IMG/VR virus record: IMGVR_UViG_3300005673_000057
Span: 1-64,000 of that record
Direction: 5' to 3' (one strand)
Length of the DNA stretch: 64,000 nucleotides
From: a virus
Taxonomy: Duplodnaviria > Caudoviricetes
Part shown: positions 8,819 through 17,952 of the stretch, piece after piece
How the letters are laid out: each line of letters starts with the position of its first letter
How positions within the stretch are numbered: the stretch's first letter is position 1
Notes under the pieces: generated by a model
Told to the model about the DNA's origin: nothing
What the model saw: only the letters and a program-made list of their open reading frames with translations
The model's database searches: none
Position numbers and translations under genes: made by a program

Positions 8819-9036
8819 TGAGCGACATGATAAAAATTGATGTTAAAGGTGTAGAGGAGTGGCGTGAGTATGACTTTGATGGCCGTACTTACAGAATAGA
8901 AAAGCCAATTTCAGTAGAATTCAAGAAGGGCAGCACAACGCATCGGGTAACTGATAGTAATGGGATTGTTCATTGTGTTCCAGCACCAGGACAGCAGGGT
9001 TGCGTTCTTCGCTGGAAGGGGCCGGTTATAGCGTAA
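8818..9036 (+). CDS. hypothetical protein
   Basis: MSDMIKIDVKG..., TGATG overlap with the previous gene. Confidence 0.65.
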   Translation: MSDMIKIDVKGVEEWREYDFDGRTYRIEKPISVEFKKGSTTHRVTDSNGIVHCVPAPGQQGCVLRWKGPVIA

Positions 9037-9113
9037 GAGGGGGCCATGTTTGGATTGGGGATTTTGATAGTATATCTCTTGGTATTCCTGTTCTGGCCGG
9101 GGAAAACAGCATA

Positions 9114-9362
9114 ATGCGCGTTTATAATAAAAGAGAGAAGGGTGTTCCAACTGATGCAGTCTATGTTGGCCGCCCAACTAAGTGGGGAAATCCATTTGTC
9201 ATCGGCAAGGATGGCAATAGGGTTGAGGTGATTAAAAAGTACGAAAACTGGCTGCCAACATCTGGTCTGGATGTGAAGGAGTTGCGCGGAAAAAGTTTAG
9301 TATGCTGGTGCCACCCACAGGCTTGTCACGCCGATATCCTGTTGAAGGCAGCGAACGAATAA
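9114..9362 (+). CDS. DUF4326 family protein
   Basis: VYVGRPTKWGNPF...LRGKSLVCWCHPQACHADIL. Confidence 0.85.
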   Translation: MRVYNKREKGVPTDAVYVGRPTKWGNPFVIGKDGNRVEVIKKYENWLPTSGLDVKELRGKSLVCWCHPQACHADILLKAANE

Positions 9363-11875
9363 TGGCGAATGCACGAACCAGGGTTATCAATTATCAGGAA
9401 GCCTCTCCGCTTCCGGGCCCAGTCGCGGTGGACATTGCTGCGCCTACGCCGGGCGTGACTTTCGAGGAGGGCGCTCTAAAGGTCGATACGCCAGACGGCG
9501 GCGTTGTTATCGACTTCAATCCAGATCGCTCCAATCCAGAAGACAAGACCAAGGGCTGGTTTGCCAATCTGGCTGACCAGATAGACGAAAGCGAACTTGC
9601 CACAATCGCTACCACATTACTCGATGGCATCGAGCGCGATGAGGAATCCCGGCGCGAGTGGATGTCCACCAGAGCCAAGGGCATCACGATGCTGGGGCTT
9701 AAACTGGAGGACCCGTCCGATGTTGGTGGCACTGCTTCTGCACCTCTGGAAGGCATGTCGCGTATCAGGCACCCGATCCTGACGGAAGCCACGGTACGCT
9801 TTCAGGCAAATGCGCGTGGCGAGCTTCTCCCTGCGTCGGGCCCGGTCAAGGTGCGCAATGACATGACCTTGCCGCCCAAGCCGCCGCCCAATATGCCGCC
9901 TCTTAACATGACACCGGGAGGCCCACCGCCGCCGCCTGCCATGGGCCATAATGGCGGCCCATTAATGGATGAAACGGATAGTCTAGCCGATGTCCTTGAA
10001 AAAGACTTCAACCACTACCTCACGGTCACGGCGACCGAATATGTCCCAGATACTGATCGAATGCTTTTCTACGTCGGTTTTGGCGGAGATGGCTTTAAAA
10101 AGGTTTTTAATTGCCCACTCCGAAGAAGGCCCGTATCAGAAAGCGTTGACGCGGAAGATCTTATTGTCTCGAATGCGGCGACGGACCTCCAAAACTGTGG
10201 ACGAGTGACGCACAAGATCAAGATGCGTAAGAGCATCTTGAAGCGCATGCAGATTGCCGGTGGCTACCGCGATGTGCCTCTTGGTCAGGCGCAGCCTGAT
10301 CGGCCTACCGAGGTTGATGTCAAGAAAGCCGAGATTGCCGGGCAGAAAACTCAATCCAAGCGGCCAGAAGACGAAGATTATACCGTCTTCGAGTGCTACT
10401 GCGAGCTAGACTTGGATAAGTTTGCACCGAAGCAATTCAAGGGCAAAGGTCTTCCCCTGCCTTATCGCGTGACTATCGAAAAGGACTCGCGTCAGGTTCT
10501 CAGCATTATTCGCAATTGGGATGAAAACGATGAGCAATGTCTGGCAAAGCGTTTCTTTGTCCAATTCCCGTTTATTCGGGGACTTGGTTTTTATGGCATT
10601 GGCTTTATACATCTACTGGGCAACCTGACGACCACGCTGACTGCGGCATGGCGTGAGATGATTGATGCCGGGATGTTTGCCAATTTTCCCGGCTTTCTGA
10701 TTGCCAAGAGCGCTAGCAGGCAACTTACGAATCAGCTTCGTGTACCTCCAGGTGGCAGTGTTGCCATTGATGTCGGCGCACAGGGCGATATTCGCTCTGT
10801 AGCCATGCCGCTCCCATACAAGGAACCGGGCCCGTCCTTCACTGCCTTTGTGGAGCATGTCGCGCAAGAAGGTCAGCGCTTGGCCTCTACCGCAGAAGTC
10901 AATGTGGGGGAAGGCAAGCAGGATGCTCCGGTAGGCACCACGCTAGCTCTTATCGAGCAGGCAACCAAGGTTTTGGATGCCGTGCATAAGCGTCTGCATC
11001 AGGCTCAGTCGGAAGAGTTTATGTTGCTCAAGGAGCGCTTCAAGGAAGACCCGGAAGCATTCTGGCGGCATCGTAAGACTATTCATCCTTGGCAGAAGGA
11101 TGAATTCCTCAAGGCGCTGGAGAACAACGATCTGGTGCCGGTGGCCGATCCAAACAATCCGACTTCATTGCATCGCATGGCAAAGGCTCATGCCATTATG
11201 CAAATGTCGGCGGCGGCTCCTCAACTTTATAATACTCAGGCAGTACACACTAAAGTGCTGCGCATGATGAGCGTGGATTCGCAGGGGCTCTTCAATCAGC
11301 AGCCCACGCCACCGCCGCCCGACCCGCGCATGGAGGCTATCAAGGAGAAGGCCAAGGCTTCGCAAGCTCAGGCCCAGATGGAAATGCTGCGTGAGCAGAT
11401 TCGCATCGAGACCGAGAAGGCCAAGCTTCTGGATCGTGCCGAGGAGCGTAAGTCTCGCGAGAAGATCGCCCAGATGCAGACCCAGCTTCAATTACTGCGG
11501 ATTGAAGAGGAGTATGTCATTAATGAGCGCGAGGAGGATCGCGAGTCATCCAAGGCGGCTTCGGAAATAGAGGTTGGCCGTGCCAAGGCGCAGTCGGACG
11601 TGGAAATTAAAACAGCTACGGAAGCGGCTAAGATTGAAGCCCAAAGGGCGGCAAAAGCTCAGGAAATGGAGGCAGCGCGAGTTATTCAATCTCAAGAGAT
11701 TGAGCGAGATAGAGAGCGTCACCAGCATGAGATGGCAATAGCTAGGGATAAGCACGCTGCTGAGATGCAAATGATGGCAGAAAAGCATAAAGCTGAGCTA
11801 GAACAAGCTAAGTTGCTAGCAAAAGCTAAGGCTGCTAGTATGCGCGCTAAGCCAAAGGGGAAATCGAATGGCTAA
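9362..11875 (+). CDS. portal protein with long coiled-coil C-terminus
   Basis: position after terL, HPILTEATVRFQA, FYGIGFIHLLG, APVGTTLALIEQ motifs typical of P22-like portals; E/K/A-rich helical tail. Confidence 0.85.
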   Translation: MANARTRVINYQEASPLPGPVAVDIAAPTPGVTFEEGALKVDTPDGGVVIDFNPDRSNPEDKTKGWFANLADQIDESELATIATTLLDGIERDEESRREWMSTRAKGITMLGLKLEDPSDVGGTASAPLEGMSRIRHPILTEATVRFQANARGELLPASGPVKVRNDMTLPPKPPPNMPPLNMTPGGPPPPPAMGHNGGPLMDETDSLADVLEKDFNHYLTVTATEYVPDTDRMLFYVGFGGDGFKKVFNCPLRRRPVSESVDAEDLIVSNAATDLQNCGRVTHKIKMRKSILKRMQIAGGYRDVPLGQAQPDRPTEVDVKKAEIAGQKTQSKRPEDEDYTVFECYCELDLDKFAPKQFKGKGLPLPYRVTIEKDSRQVLSIIRNWDENDEQCLAKRFFVQFPFIRGLGFYGIGFIHLLGNLTTTLTAAWREMIDAGMFANFPGFLIAKSASRQLTNQLRVPPGGSVAIDVGAQGDIRSVAMPLPYKEPGPSFTAFVEHVAQEGQRLASTAEVNVGEGKQDAPVGTTLALIEQATKVLDAVHKRLHQAQSEEFMLLKERFKEDPEAFWRHRKTIHPWQKDEFLKALENNDLVPVADPNNPTSLHRMAKAHAIMQMSAAAPQLYNTQAVHTKVLRMMSVDSQGLFNQQPTPPPPDPRMEAIKEKAKASQAQAQMEMLREQIRIETEKAKLLDRAEERKSREKIAQMQTQLQLLRIEEEYVINEREEDRESSKAASEIEVGRAKAQSDVEIKTATEAAKIEAQRAAKAQEMEAARVIQSQEIERDRERHQHEMAIARDKHAAEMQMMAEKHKAELEQAKLLAKAKAASMRAKPKGKSNG

Positions 11876-12317
11876 GAACTGCGGGGAATGGGGCAGGGAC
11901 AAGGCGCGTGAGCGCTATCAGTCTGGCGGTGAAGTGCCGCTTCCTCCGCGTGACCCGCGCAAGATTGCTCCAGATAAGAAGGGGCAAATCAATATTGGCT
12001 CTGGGTCTGGCTATGCGCGCGGTGGCGCTACCGAGGGCTCCAAAAAGGACGTAGCTGAAGACAAGAAGCTAGCTAGGGCTTCTGGCATGTCCATGAAGAC
12101 ATGGGAGAAATCCGCAATGGATAAGGCCCATGATCGCAAGAGGGCCGACGGTGGCAGGACTGAACAGTTGTCCCAGAATATGGGGGTTACCCCAGCGGGG
12201 CTAGGTCGTGAATTGGCCTCCAACGCTGAGGCATCAGCGGCACTAAGGACCACTCCAGGTAAATGGCTTAATTTGCAGAATAATCCTAAAGCTAGGAAAA
12301 GAGGGGGTAAAACCTAA
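11868..12317 (+). CDS. basic low-complexity head-module protein with four xxxGG motifs
   Basis: YQSGG, YARGG, RADGG, RKRGG; coupled to portal. Confidence 0.7.
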   Translation: MAKNCGEWGRDKARERYQSGGEVPLPPRDPRKIAPDKKGQINIGSGSGYARGGATEGSKKDVAEDKKLARASGMSMKTWEKSAMDKAHDRKRADGGRTEQLSQNMGVTPAGLGRELASNAEASAALRTTPGKWLNLQNNPKARKRGGKT

Positions 12318-12514
12318 TGGCTGGCAAGGGCGATGGCATGGGGGCACCGAATCAGTCCGCCCCACAGAAGCTAGGCGATTGGGGTAATCTTCGTGGTCCA
12401 GGCTACGACAATGACGTAGCTAGCGACTGGCGACGCGGGATGGGCCCTAAGCAGGCCGAAGGCAAGCCGGGCTTTATGCCCACGCCGTCTGGCAAGAACA
12501 GGGGGGCTGCATAA
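12317..12514 (+). CDS. hypothetical protein
   Basis: TAATG coupling on both sides. Confidence 0.65.
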   Translation: MAGKGDGMGAPNQSAPQKLGDWGNLRGPGYDNDVASDWRRGMGPKQAEGKPGFMPTPSGKNRGAA

Positions 12515-12846
12515 TGTCGCATCCTTACAAAGCTCATTCAGAGCAGGCCCACGGCAAAGCCCGCGCCAAGGAACTGACGCAGGGCTACAAGCGCGGTGGC
12601 GCGGTCAAGGGTGGTAAGACCACCATTAATATCAATGTAGGTAAGCCCGATCTCCCGACTGGCGGCATGCGTCCTCCACTCGCGCCGCCAGTACCTCCCG
12701 GCCCTCCTATGGGGGGTCCTCCACTCCCTCCTGGGGGGGCCGGTCCTTTGCCCGGTATGAAGCGCGGTGGTGCCGTTAAGATGACTGCTGGGGCAGAAAC
12801 CGGGGTTGGCCGGGAGCAGAAGGCGGCAATCCAGAAACGTAAGTGA
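12514..12846 (+). CDS. basic Pro/Gly-rich head-module protein
   Basis: YKRGGAVK and MKRGGAVK flank a proline-rich segment. Confidence 0.7.
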   Translation: MSHPYKAHSEQAHGKARAKELTQGYKRGGAVKGGKTTININVGKPDLPTGGMRPPLAPPVPPGPPMGGPPLPPGGAGPLPGMKRGGAVKMTAGAETGVGREQKAAIQKRK

Positions 12847-12849
12847 TTC

Positions 12850-13035
12850 GTGGCAAGAGCTAGGCTTTTTGCACTCTTAGAAGAGCGGATTAAGGACGCC
12901 TCTGATCGGGCCCTTCAGGATATGGGGGAAGCCCGGTGCAAAGACTATCCGGCATACCTGTACCAATGTGGATATCTTTTAGGTATGAAGGAAGTTATTA
13001 TATTAATGGACGAAATCGAAAAGCAGAGGGAATAG
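12850..13035 (+). CDS. hypothetical protein
   Basis: 61 aa ORF, YLYQCGYLLG helix. Confidence 0.6.
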   Translation: MARARLFALLEERIKDASDRALQDMGEARCKDYPAYLYQCGYLLGMKEVIILMDEIEKQRE

Positions 13036-13038
13036 TGC

Positions 13039-13425
13039 ATGGCCTTTGTAACGGCTGCGAAGATCGAGGCAATCAGTCAGGCTAAGGACCCCAAGAAGGC
13101 GATTATCGACGCCGTAGGCGATCTCTCCAAGGAGAGTGTGCTTTGGGACCTTGTTTTAGTAGGCACCCACATTCGGTCTGAAATGACCAAGGGGGGCATT
13201 ATCCGACCCAAGGAAAATGTCGCCGAGGATGCCTATCAAGGCAAGGCGGGGGTGATTCTCAAATTCGGCGAAGGTGTTGATAACATTTGGAATTTGCAGG
13301 TTGGTGACTGGATTGCATATTCCATTAAGGATGGAATGTCGGTCACCATTAATGACACCCCATGTCGCCTGATCCCATACGAGAAAATCCGTATGAAGGT
13401 TACCGACCCGAACATGGTCTTCTAA
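13039..13425 (+). CDS. GroES-like co-chaperonin
   Basis: LWDLVLV...TKGGII mobile loop...GVILKFGEG...LQVGDWIAY. Confidence 0.75.
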   Translation: MAFVTAAKIEAISQAKDPKKAIIDAVGDLSKESVLWDLVLVGTHIRSEMTKGGIIRPKENVAEDAYQGKAGVILKFGEGVDNIWNLQVGDWIAYSIKDGMSVTINDTPCRLIPYEKIRMKVTDPNMVF

Positions 13426-13426
13426 A

Positions 13427-14473
13427 ATGGCTAGACCCCGCATAGTACGCACCAAGGAAGAGGCTGAGGCCGTCCCCTTGGACCAGCCGATTCAGATCGC
13501 GCTGACTGACGAATCCGAAATCGAAACCAAGCAGGAGCCTGAAGATAGGGACGCGCAGGCGCGGCAGGAAGCAGAGAAAAAGCCAGTTGTTGCTGCTGTT
13601 GACAGAGACGATGACGAGCAAAAGCCAGATATCTCTGCCCTGCAAAAGCAAATCGCCGATCTTCAGAAGGCAGAGAAGCTTGCTCAGGATCGTTATGAGG
13701 CCGAGCGTAAGCGTGCTGAAGAGGCTGAGCGCAGGCGCAACGAAGTCCAGACTGAGAATACTCGCTTCCAAGAGGAAACTTCTCAGGCCCAGTACGACGC
13801 CATTGTTAATGCCCTAGAGGCATCGAAGGCAGAAGCTGAGGCCGCAGAGCGGGCTCTGGAGCGCGCTGAATTCGATGCCGATGCCAAGGCTAAGTCGGAT
13901 GCATATCGCAGGCTGGCCCGCGCGGAAGCCAATATTACGCGGCTTGAGGATGGCAAGGCCGCCTATGAGGCTAGGATTGCGGAAGCTAAGGCTAGGCCGA
14001 AGCAGGAGCCCGATGGGCCCAAGTTGGATGCCTTCGAGCAGGCAATCTCCAATATGCCACCACTGGTCAAGGACTGGATGCGTCAGCACCCAGATTACAT
14101 GACTGATCGGCGCAAGAATGCTAAAATTCAGGCTCTACATTACGATGTAGAGGAAGAGGGCCATGCCTTTGGCACCCAGCCATATGTCGAGGCGATGGAA
14201 GTCAAACTTGGAATGCGTGAGGCTCCCAAGAAGGCTGAGGAGCAAGAGGAAGAGCAGCAACAGAGGATTACCGTAGTGACGCAAGCCCCTCCGACTCGGG
14301 ACATTCCATCGTCTTCTACTGGTAAGCCAGCTTCCTCAACGAAGGTTACCCTTACCGCAGAGGAGCGGGAGATCGCACGGCTTAATGGTATTACCGAGAT
14401 CGAGTATGCCAAGCAGAAGCTGAAGCTTCAGGAATTAAAACGTAACGGACATTATATTGAGGGGGCACGATAA
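13427..14473 (+). CDS. capsid scaffolding protein (probable)
   Basis: acidic coiled-coil between portal and capsid; C-terminal VTLTAEEREIARLNGITEIEYAKQK. Confidence 0.65.
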   Translation: MARPRIVRTKEEAEAVPLDQPIQIALTDESEIETKQEPEDRDAQARQEAEKKPVVAAVDRDDDEQKPDISALQKQIADLQKAEKLAQDRYEAERKRAEEAERRRNEVQTENTRFQEETSQAQYDAIVNALEASKAEAEAAERALERAEFDADAKAKSDAYRRLARAEANITRLEDGKAAYEARIAEAKARPKQEPDGPKLDAFEQAISNMPPLVKDWMRQHPDYMTDRRKNAKIQALHYDVEEEGHAFGTQPYVEAMEVKLGMREAPKKAEEQEEEQQQRITVVTQAPPTRDIPSSSTGKPASSTKVTLTAEEREIARLNGITEIEYAKQKLKLQELKRNGHYIEGAR

Positions 14474-15111
14474 TGCCTAAGAAGGGACAAACATGGTCTC
14501 CTGAGCAGCGGGAGAAAATCCTTGCTGCAAAGCAACGGCGGAAGGCGATGACGGATGAACTCACGCCCAAGCCTGCGCCTGAGATGCCCCCGCGCCAGCG
14601 CATTCAGTATGAGCCGGTCAAGGCTGCACCTTCTGGTGCTAAGTGGCAAATGAAGGCAGGTAAGTGGGATACCGATGCCTTTGGGGATGTGGATAGCAAT
14701 CTACGCCCGCTGGAGATTCCAGTGGATGATATCCCCGATGGGATCACCCTACAGTGGGTGACGCATTCGGTACGTGGTGCCGAGGAGCCGCAGCGCCGCG
14801 CCAAGTTTGAGCAGGCGGGATGGCTCCCGGTCCATCCTGAAGACTTTGATGGCCAGTTTGATGGCCGTTGGGCCTCAAAGGGCGTGACTGGTGAAATCCA
14901 GTATGATGGCTTGGTATTGATGGCCAAGCCCACGGAGCAGGTTAAGAAGTCCAAGGAAAGGGACCAGAGGGCTGCCCGCAGGCAGGTGCAGATCAAGGAG
15001 CAGGCCCTTTATGGCGGTGAGATTAATGCCATGGGCTCTGATCATCCCAGCGCTCTACGCACCAATAAGATTAATCGCAGCTACGAAAAGATGGTAATCC
15101 CTGAAGACTGA
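14473..15111 (+). CDS. hypothetical head-module protein
   Basis: 212 aa, coupled to scaffold; LQWV...GWLPV...GLVLMAKP. Confidence 0.7.
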   Translation: MPKKGQTWSPEQREKILAAKQRRKAMTDELTPKPAPEMPPRQRIQYEPVKAAPSGAKWQMKAGKWDTDAFGDVDSNLRPLEIPVDDIPDGITLQWVTHSVRGAEEPQRRAKFEQAGWLPVHPEDFDGQFDGRWASKGVTGEIQYDGLVLMAKPTEQVKKSKERDQRAARRQVQIKEQALYGGEINAMGSDHPSALRTNKINRSYEKMVIPED

Positions 15112-15122
15112 GTATTGGGGTA

Positions 15123-15152
15123 TTGACTCCAATATGGGATTACCATTATAAG
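15123..15152 (+). promoter_or_regulatory. sigma70-like promoter for capsid genes
   Basis: TTGACT-N17-TTATAA in intergenic gap. Confidence 0.6.
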
Positions 15153-15208
15153 CGAATCATCCCTGCTAAAGGGATAGGGCGAGCCGCCCAAAGAATATAC
15201 CCCACGCG

Positions 15209-15270
15209 CCGTGGTCTCTTCCGGTAGTTAGCCAATAGTGGCTGCTACGATAGGGGATAGGAGCCCACGG
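15209..15270 (+). promoter_or_regulatory. 5' leader stem-loop sequestering the Shine-Dalgarno sequence
   Basis: CCGTGGTCTCTT pairs with AGGAGCCCACGG (one mismatch); inner GTAGTTAGCCA/TGGCTGCTAC hairpin. Confidence 0.55.
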
Positions 15271-15273
15271 ACT

Positions 15274-15900
15274 ATGGCGAACACTTTCGCACCTTTCGGT
15301 TTCCGCTCTTTTGGCCATCAGGACGGCTCTGCGCCGACTATGGGCCTTTCTCGCTATTTCATGCTGTCGAGCGACACCGCCGCGTGTTTCACGGGCGATG
15401 TGGTCGTTAACTCGTCAGCAAATTATGGCTACATCAATGTAGCGGTGGCTGGTCTCAATGCCACCATCAAGCCGCTTGGTGTATTCGCCGGGTGCGAATA
15501 CTACAATTCCAACGTCCAGCGCAAAGTCTGGTCGCCCTACTTCCCCGGATCGGTCGGCTCTTCCAGCCCTGTGACCGCATATGTCATTACCGACCCGGAA
15601 ATGACTTACATTGCCCAGGCGAGCACCGGCACTGTGGTTGGTACGAGTCTTATCGGCCGAAACATCGCTTGGACGGTTGGCTCTGGCAATACCACTAATG
15701 GTCAGTCGGCTTCGTACCTTAATTCGAGCCAGACTGGTACGGCGGCTTCGTCCTTTATCTGGCGCGTTGTCGATAGCTATTCGAACTTTGGCCCTCCGGG
15801 TGCCAATGGCACTTCTACCAGCGAAGGTGGCGGCATCCTTGTTGTCCAGCCGGTTGGTTGGATGCGCAATACTGTGACTCTGACGGGTGTGAGCACTTAA
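15274..15900 (+). CDS. capsid decoration/minor capsid protein (probable)
   Basis: MANTFAPFGFR start with AGGAG SD, beta-rich G/S/T composition, immediately upstream of capsid gene. Confidence 0.6.
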   Translation: MANTFAPFGFRSFGHQDGSAPTMGLSRYFMLSSDTAACFTGDVVVNSSANYGYINVAVAGLNATIKPLGVFAGCEYYNSNVQRKVWSPYFPGSVGSSSPVTAYVITDPEMTYIAQASTGTVVGTSLIGRNIAWTVGSGNTTNGQSASYLNSSQTGTAASSFIWRVVDSYSNFGPPGANGTSTSEGGGILVVQPVGWMRNTVTLTGVST

Positions 15901-16862
15901 TGATCGCTACTGCCGCCCATATCGGATTTCTTGGCCCTCTTTCCCGGAAGAGCGGCCAAGATTTCGGCTGGGCTTTTTCCAGCGGCGACTTCGGCTGCTA
16001 TCTTGGCTACGAGCGCCTCGTCGATCTTGTGCGGTCGTCCATTAAACCAATCCTGAACATTTCCGGCCCTCGTAACCCATTCCAGATTCTCGGCTCTGGC
16101 GTCAGTCCTGTCTTCGTTCTTATGATGAACGGTATCAAGACCGTTAGGATTAGGGACAAAGGCTTGGGCAACAAGTCGATGAACCAGAAAGGTTTTGGTG
16201 GAACCGTCCCTAGCAAGTTCGACTTTCGGGTAGCCGCTGGCGGCACCAAGTTCTCTAATTCTGGATCGGATGTGACGGTTCCTTCCGTGACCATCGTCGA
16301 TGGTTCTAGGAAGGCTTGCGATGCGGCCCAAGTTGCTTACTTGGTAGAGCCCCTCGTACCCCAGGATATCGCGCCACTCCTCTCCTTCAAGGTTCTCCAT
16401 AACCGGGGTCAATTCGGGGAAAAGTTCGAAAACAATCTTTTCGACGTAAATCATCTTAGCTTTTCGGCTGTTTTGGATACCGAGGTAGGCGACAAGATAT
16501 CCATTGTTTCTGGAAGTCTTAAGAATCTTCGCGCCGATAGCACGGGTAGCTCCGTGCAGTCCGTGCGCTGTGATCCTGCTGCCGCGCCTAACTCTGGCGT
16601 GACTGGAAACCTCGTAGCCAGCGTGGCCGGGGACTGGCTTCCATACCTCGCCCGGCTCGTTAAGCAGGGCCTCTGCTATATCTGGGAAAAGTTCGTTAAC
16701 CTTGCGTCGCACATTGACGCGCAACCGCATTCCCATGCGGAACAGGTTAGCGCGCCCTCCGTCGAGCGGAAGGGTCTTACCACTAGAGTCTCGAACCTCC
16801 CCCTGGTCAGATATCAGGTAGTTCGGGGCTTCTGGGATCGGAAGCCATCTGGCTTCGATCAT
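15897..16862 (-). CDS. NUMOD4-HNH homing endonuclease, three NUMOD4 repeats, antisense to the head operon
   Basis: WLPIPEAPNYLISDQGEV, WKPVPGHAGYEVSSHARV, WRDILGYEGLYQVSNLGRI; VHRLVAQAF...VHHKNEDRTDARAENLEW. Confidence 0.9.
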   Translation of the reverse strand: MIEARWLPIPEAPNYLISDQGEVRDSSGKTLPLDGGRANLFRMGMRLRVNVRRKVNELFPDIAEALLNEPGEVWKPVPGHAGYEVSSHARVRRGSRITAHGLHGATRAIGAKILKTSRNNGYLVAYLGIQNSRKAKMIYVEKIVFELFPELTPVMENLEGEEWRDILGYEGLYQVSNLGRIASLPRTIDDGHGRNRHIRSRIRELGAASGYPKVELARDGSTKTFLVHRLVAQAFVPNPNGLDTVHHKNEDRTDARAENLEWVTRAGNVQDWFNGRPHKIDEALVAKIAAEVAAGKSPAEILAALPGKRAKKSDMGGSSDH

Positions 16863-16896
16863 TTTTCCACCCTAGGTGCCGGTTGCTCATTAGCCA

Positions 16897-16925
16897 CACA
16901 TACTGGTTTGTGTGGCGAATGTCAA
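16897..16925 (-). promoter_or_regulatory. sigma70-like promoter of the antisense HNH gene
   Basis: minus strand TTGACA-N17-TATGTG, 35 nt upstream of ATG 16862. Confidence 0.6.
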
Positions 16926-16966
16926 GTGGCGAATAACTCAGCCATTTCAATGGCAGGAGGTGCCAG

Positions 16967-17881
16967 TTGCCCGTAGCTCTTTCAGCCATCCGTGATTTGT
17001 TGTTACCTGGCCTCTGGGGCATCAGTGGCCGATATCCCATGATCGAGCGGCAGTGGCCGAGCATCTTCAAGCAGACCGACTCGAACATGGCCTTGGAGCG
17101 CAGGACTGCGGTGCGCTTCCTTGGCTTTGCCCAGCTAAAGCAGGAAGGCGCTCCCACCTCGTTCGATAACGCGGCTGGTCAGCGCTATACCTACAATGCT
17201 GAGCACTTTGAGATTGGTCTTGGCTACGCGATCACCCGCAAGGCCATTGACGACAATCTCTACAAGAGCGAATTCGGCCCCTCCAACGACGGCCTTATGG
17301 AGTCGTTCAAGGAGACCGAGGAAATCTACGCCGCGAACGTCTTCAATACTGGCACGACTTATAATGCCAATATTGGTGGTGACGGCGTGGCACTGTTCTC
17401 GACGGCGCATCCTATCGACCAAGCGACCATTGCGAATGAGCCGAACCCGGAAGTCGATCTCAACGAGACTTCTCTGCTCAACGCCTGCACTACCATTCGC
17501 GGTACGTGGCTTGATAACGCCGGTCTCAAAATCCATGCGCGTGGCCGCAAGCTGATCGTTCCTTACCAGCTTGAGCCCATCGCGATCCGACTGTTCCGCT
17601 CCGAGCTTCGGCCCGGTACGTCGCAAAACGATGTCAACGCGGTCATGCACATGAATGAAAGTCTTAAGGAAGGCTTCATGGTGTGGGATTATCTCACTTC
17701 GGCTTACGCATGGTTTGTGCTCACGAATCATGAAGGGTTGATCTTCTTCAACCGCAAGCCGTTTGAGACGGACATGAGCGTTGAATTCACCACTGATAAC
17801 CTGCTGGTAAAGGGATATCAGCGTTATGTTCCTACCTACTACGATTGGAGGGCATGTTGGGGCACCTTCCCTGTCGCCTAG
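16967..17881 (+). CDS. major capsid protein
   Basis: AGGAGG SD, TTG start, strongly biased codons, LLPGLW, GLGYAITR, GDGVALFSTAHP, AWFVLT motifs. Confidence 0.85.
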   Translation: MPVALSAIRDLLLPGLWGISGRYPMIERQWPSIFKQTDSNMALERRTAVRFLGFAQLKQEGAPTSFDNAAGQRYTYNAEHFEIGLGYAITRKAIDDNLYKSEFGPSNDGLMESFKETEEIYAANVFNTGTTYNANIGGDGVALFSTAHPIDQATIANEPNPEVDLNETSLLNACTTIRGTWLDNAGLKIHARGRKLIVPYQLEPIAIRLFRSELRPGTSQNDVNAVMHMNESLKEGFMVWDYLTSAYAWFVLTNHEGLIFFNRKPFETDMSVEFTTDNLLVKGYQRYVPTYYDWRACWGTFPVA

Positions 17882-17890
17882 TATGCAGTA

Positions 17891-17945
17891 TTGATTAGAG
17901 CCCCAGTAAGGGATATATAGGAGAAATCCTAACCCCTTACTGGAG
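17891..17945 (+). promoter_or_regulatory. promoter embedded in an RBS-occluding hairpin upstream of HNH gene
   Basis: TTGATT-N17-TATATA; CCAGTAAGGG(17903-17912)/CCCTTACTGG(17934-17943) stem overlaps GGAG SD. Confidence 0.6.
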
Positions 17946-17952
17946 AAATAGA

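Noticed and set aside
11868-12846. KRGG read as a ubiquitin-like C-terminal diglycine
   Set aside because: Motifs are internal, there is no beta-grasp fold, and no E1/E2 genes are visible; kept only as a generic motif finding
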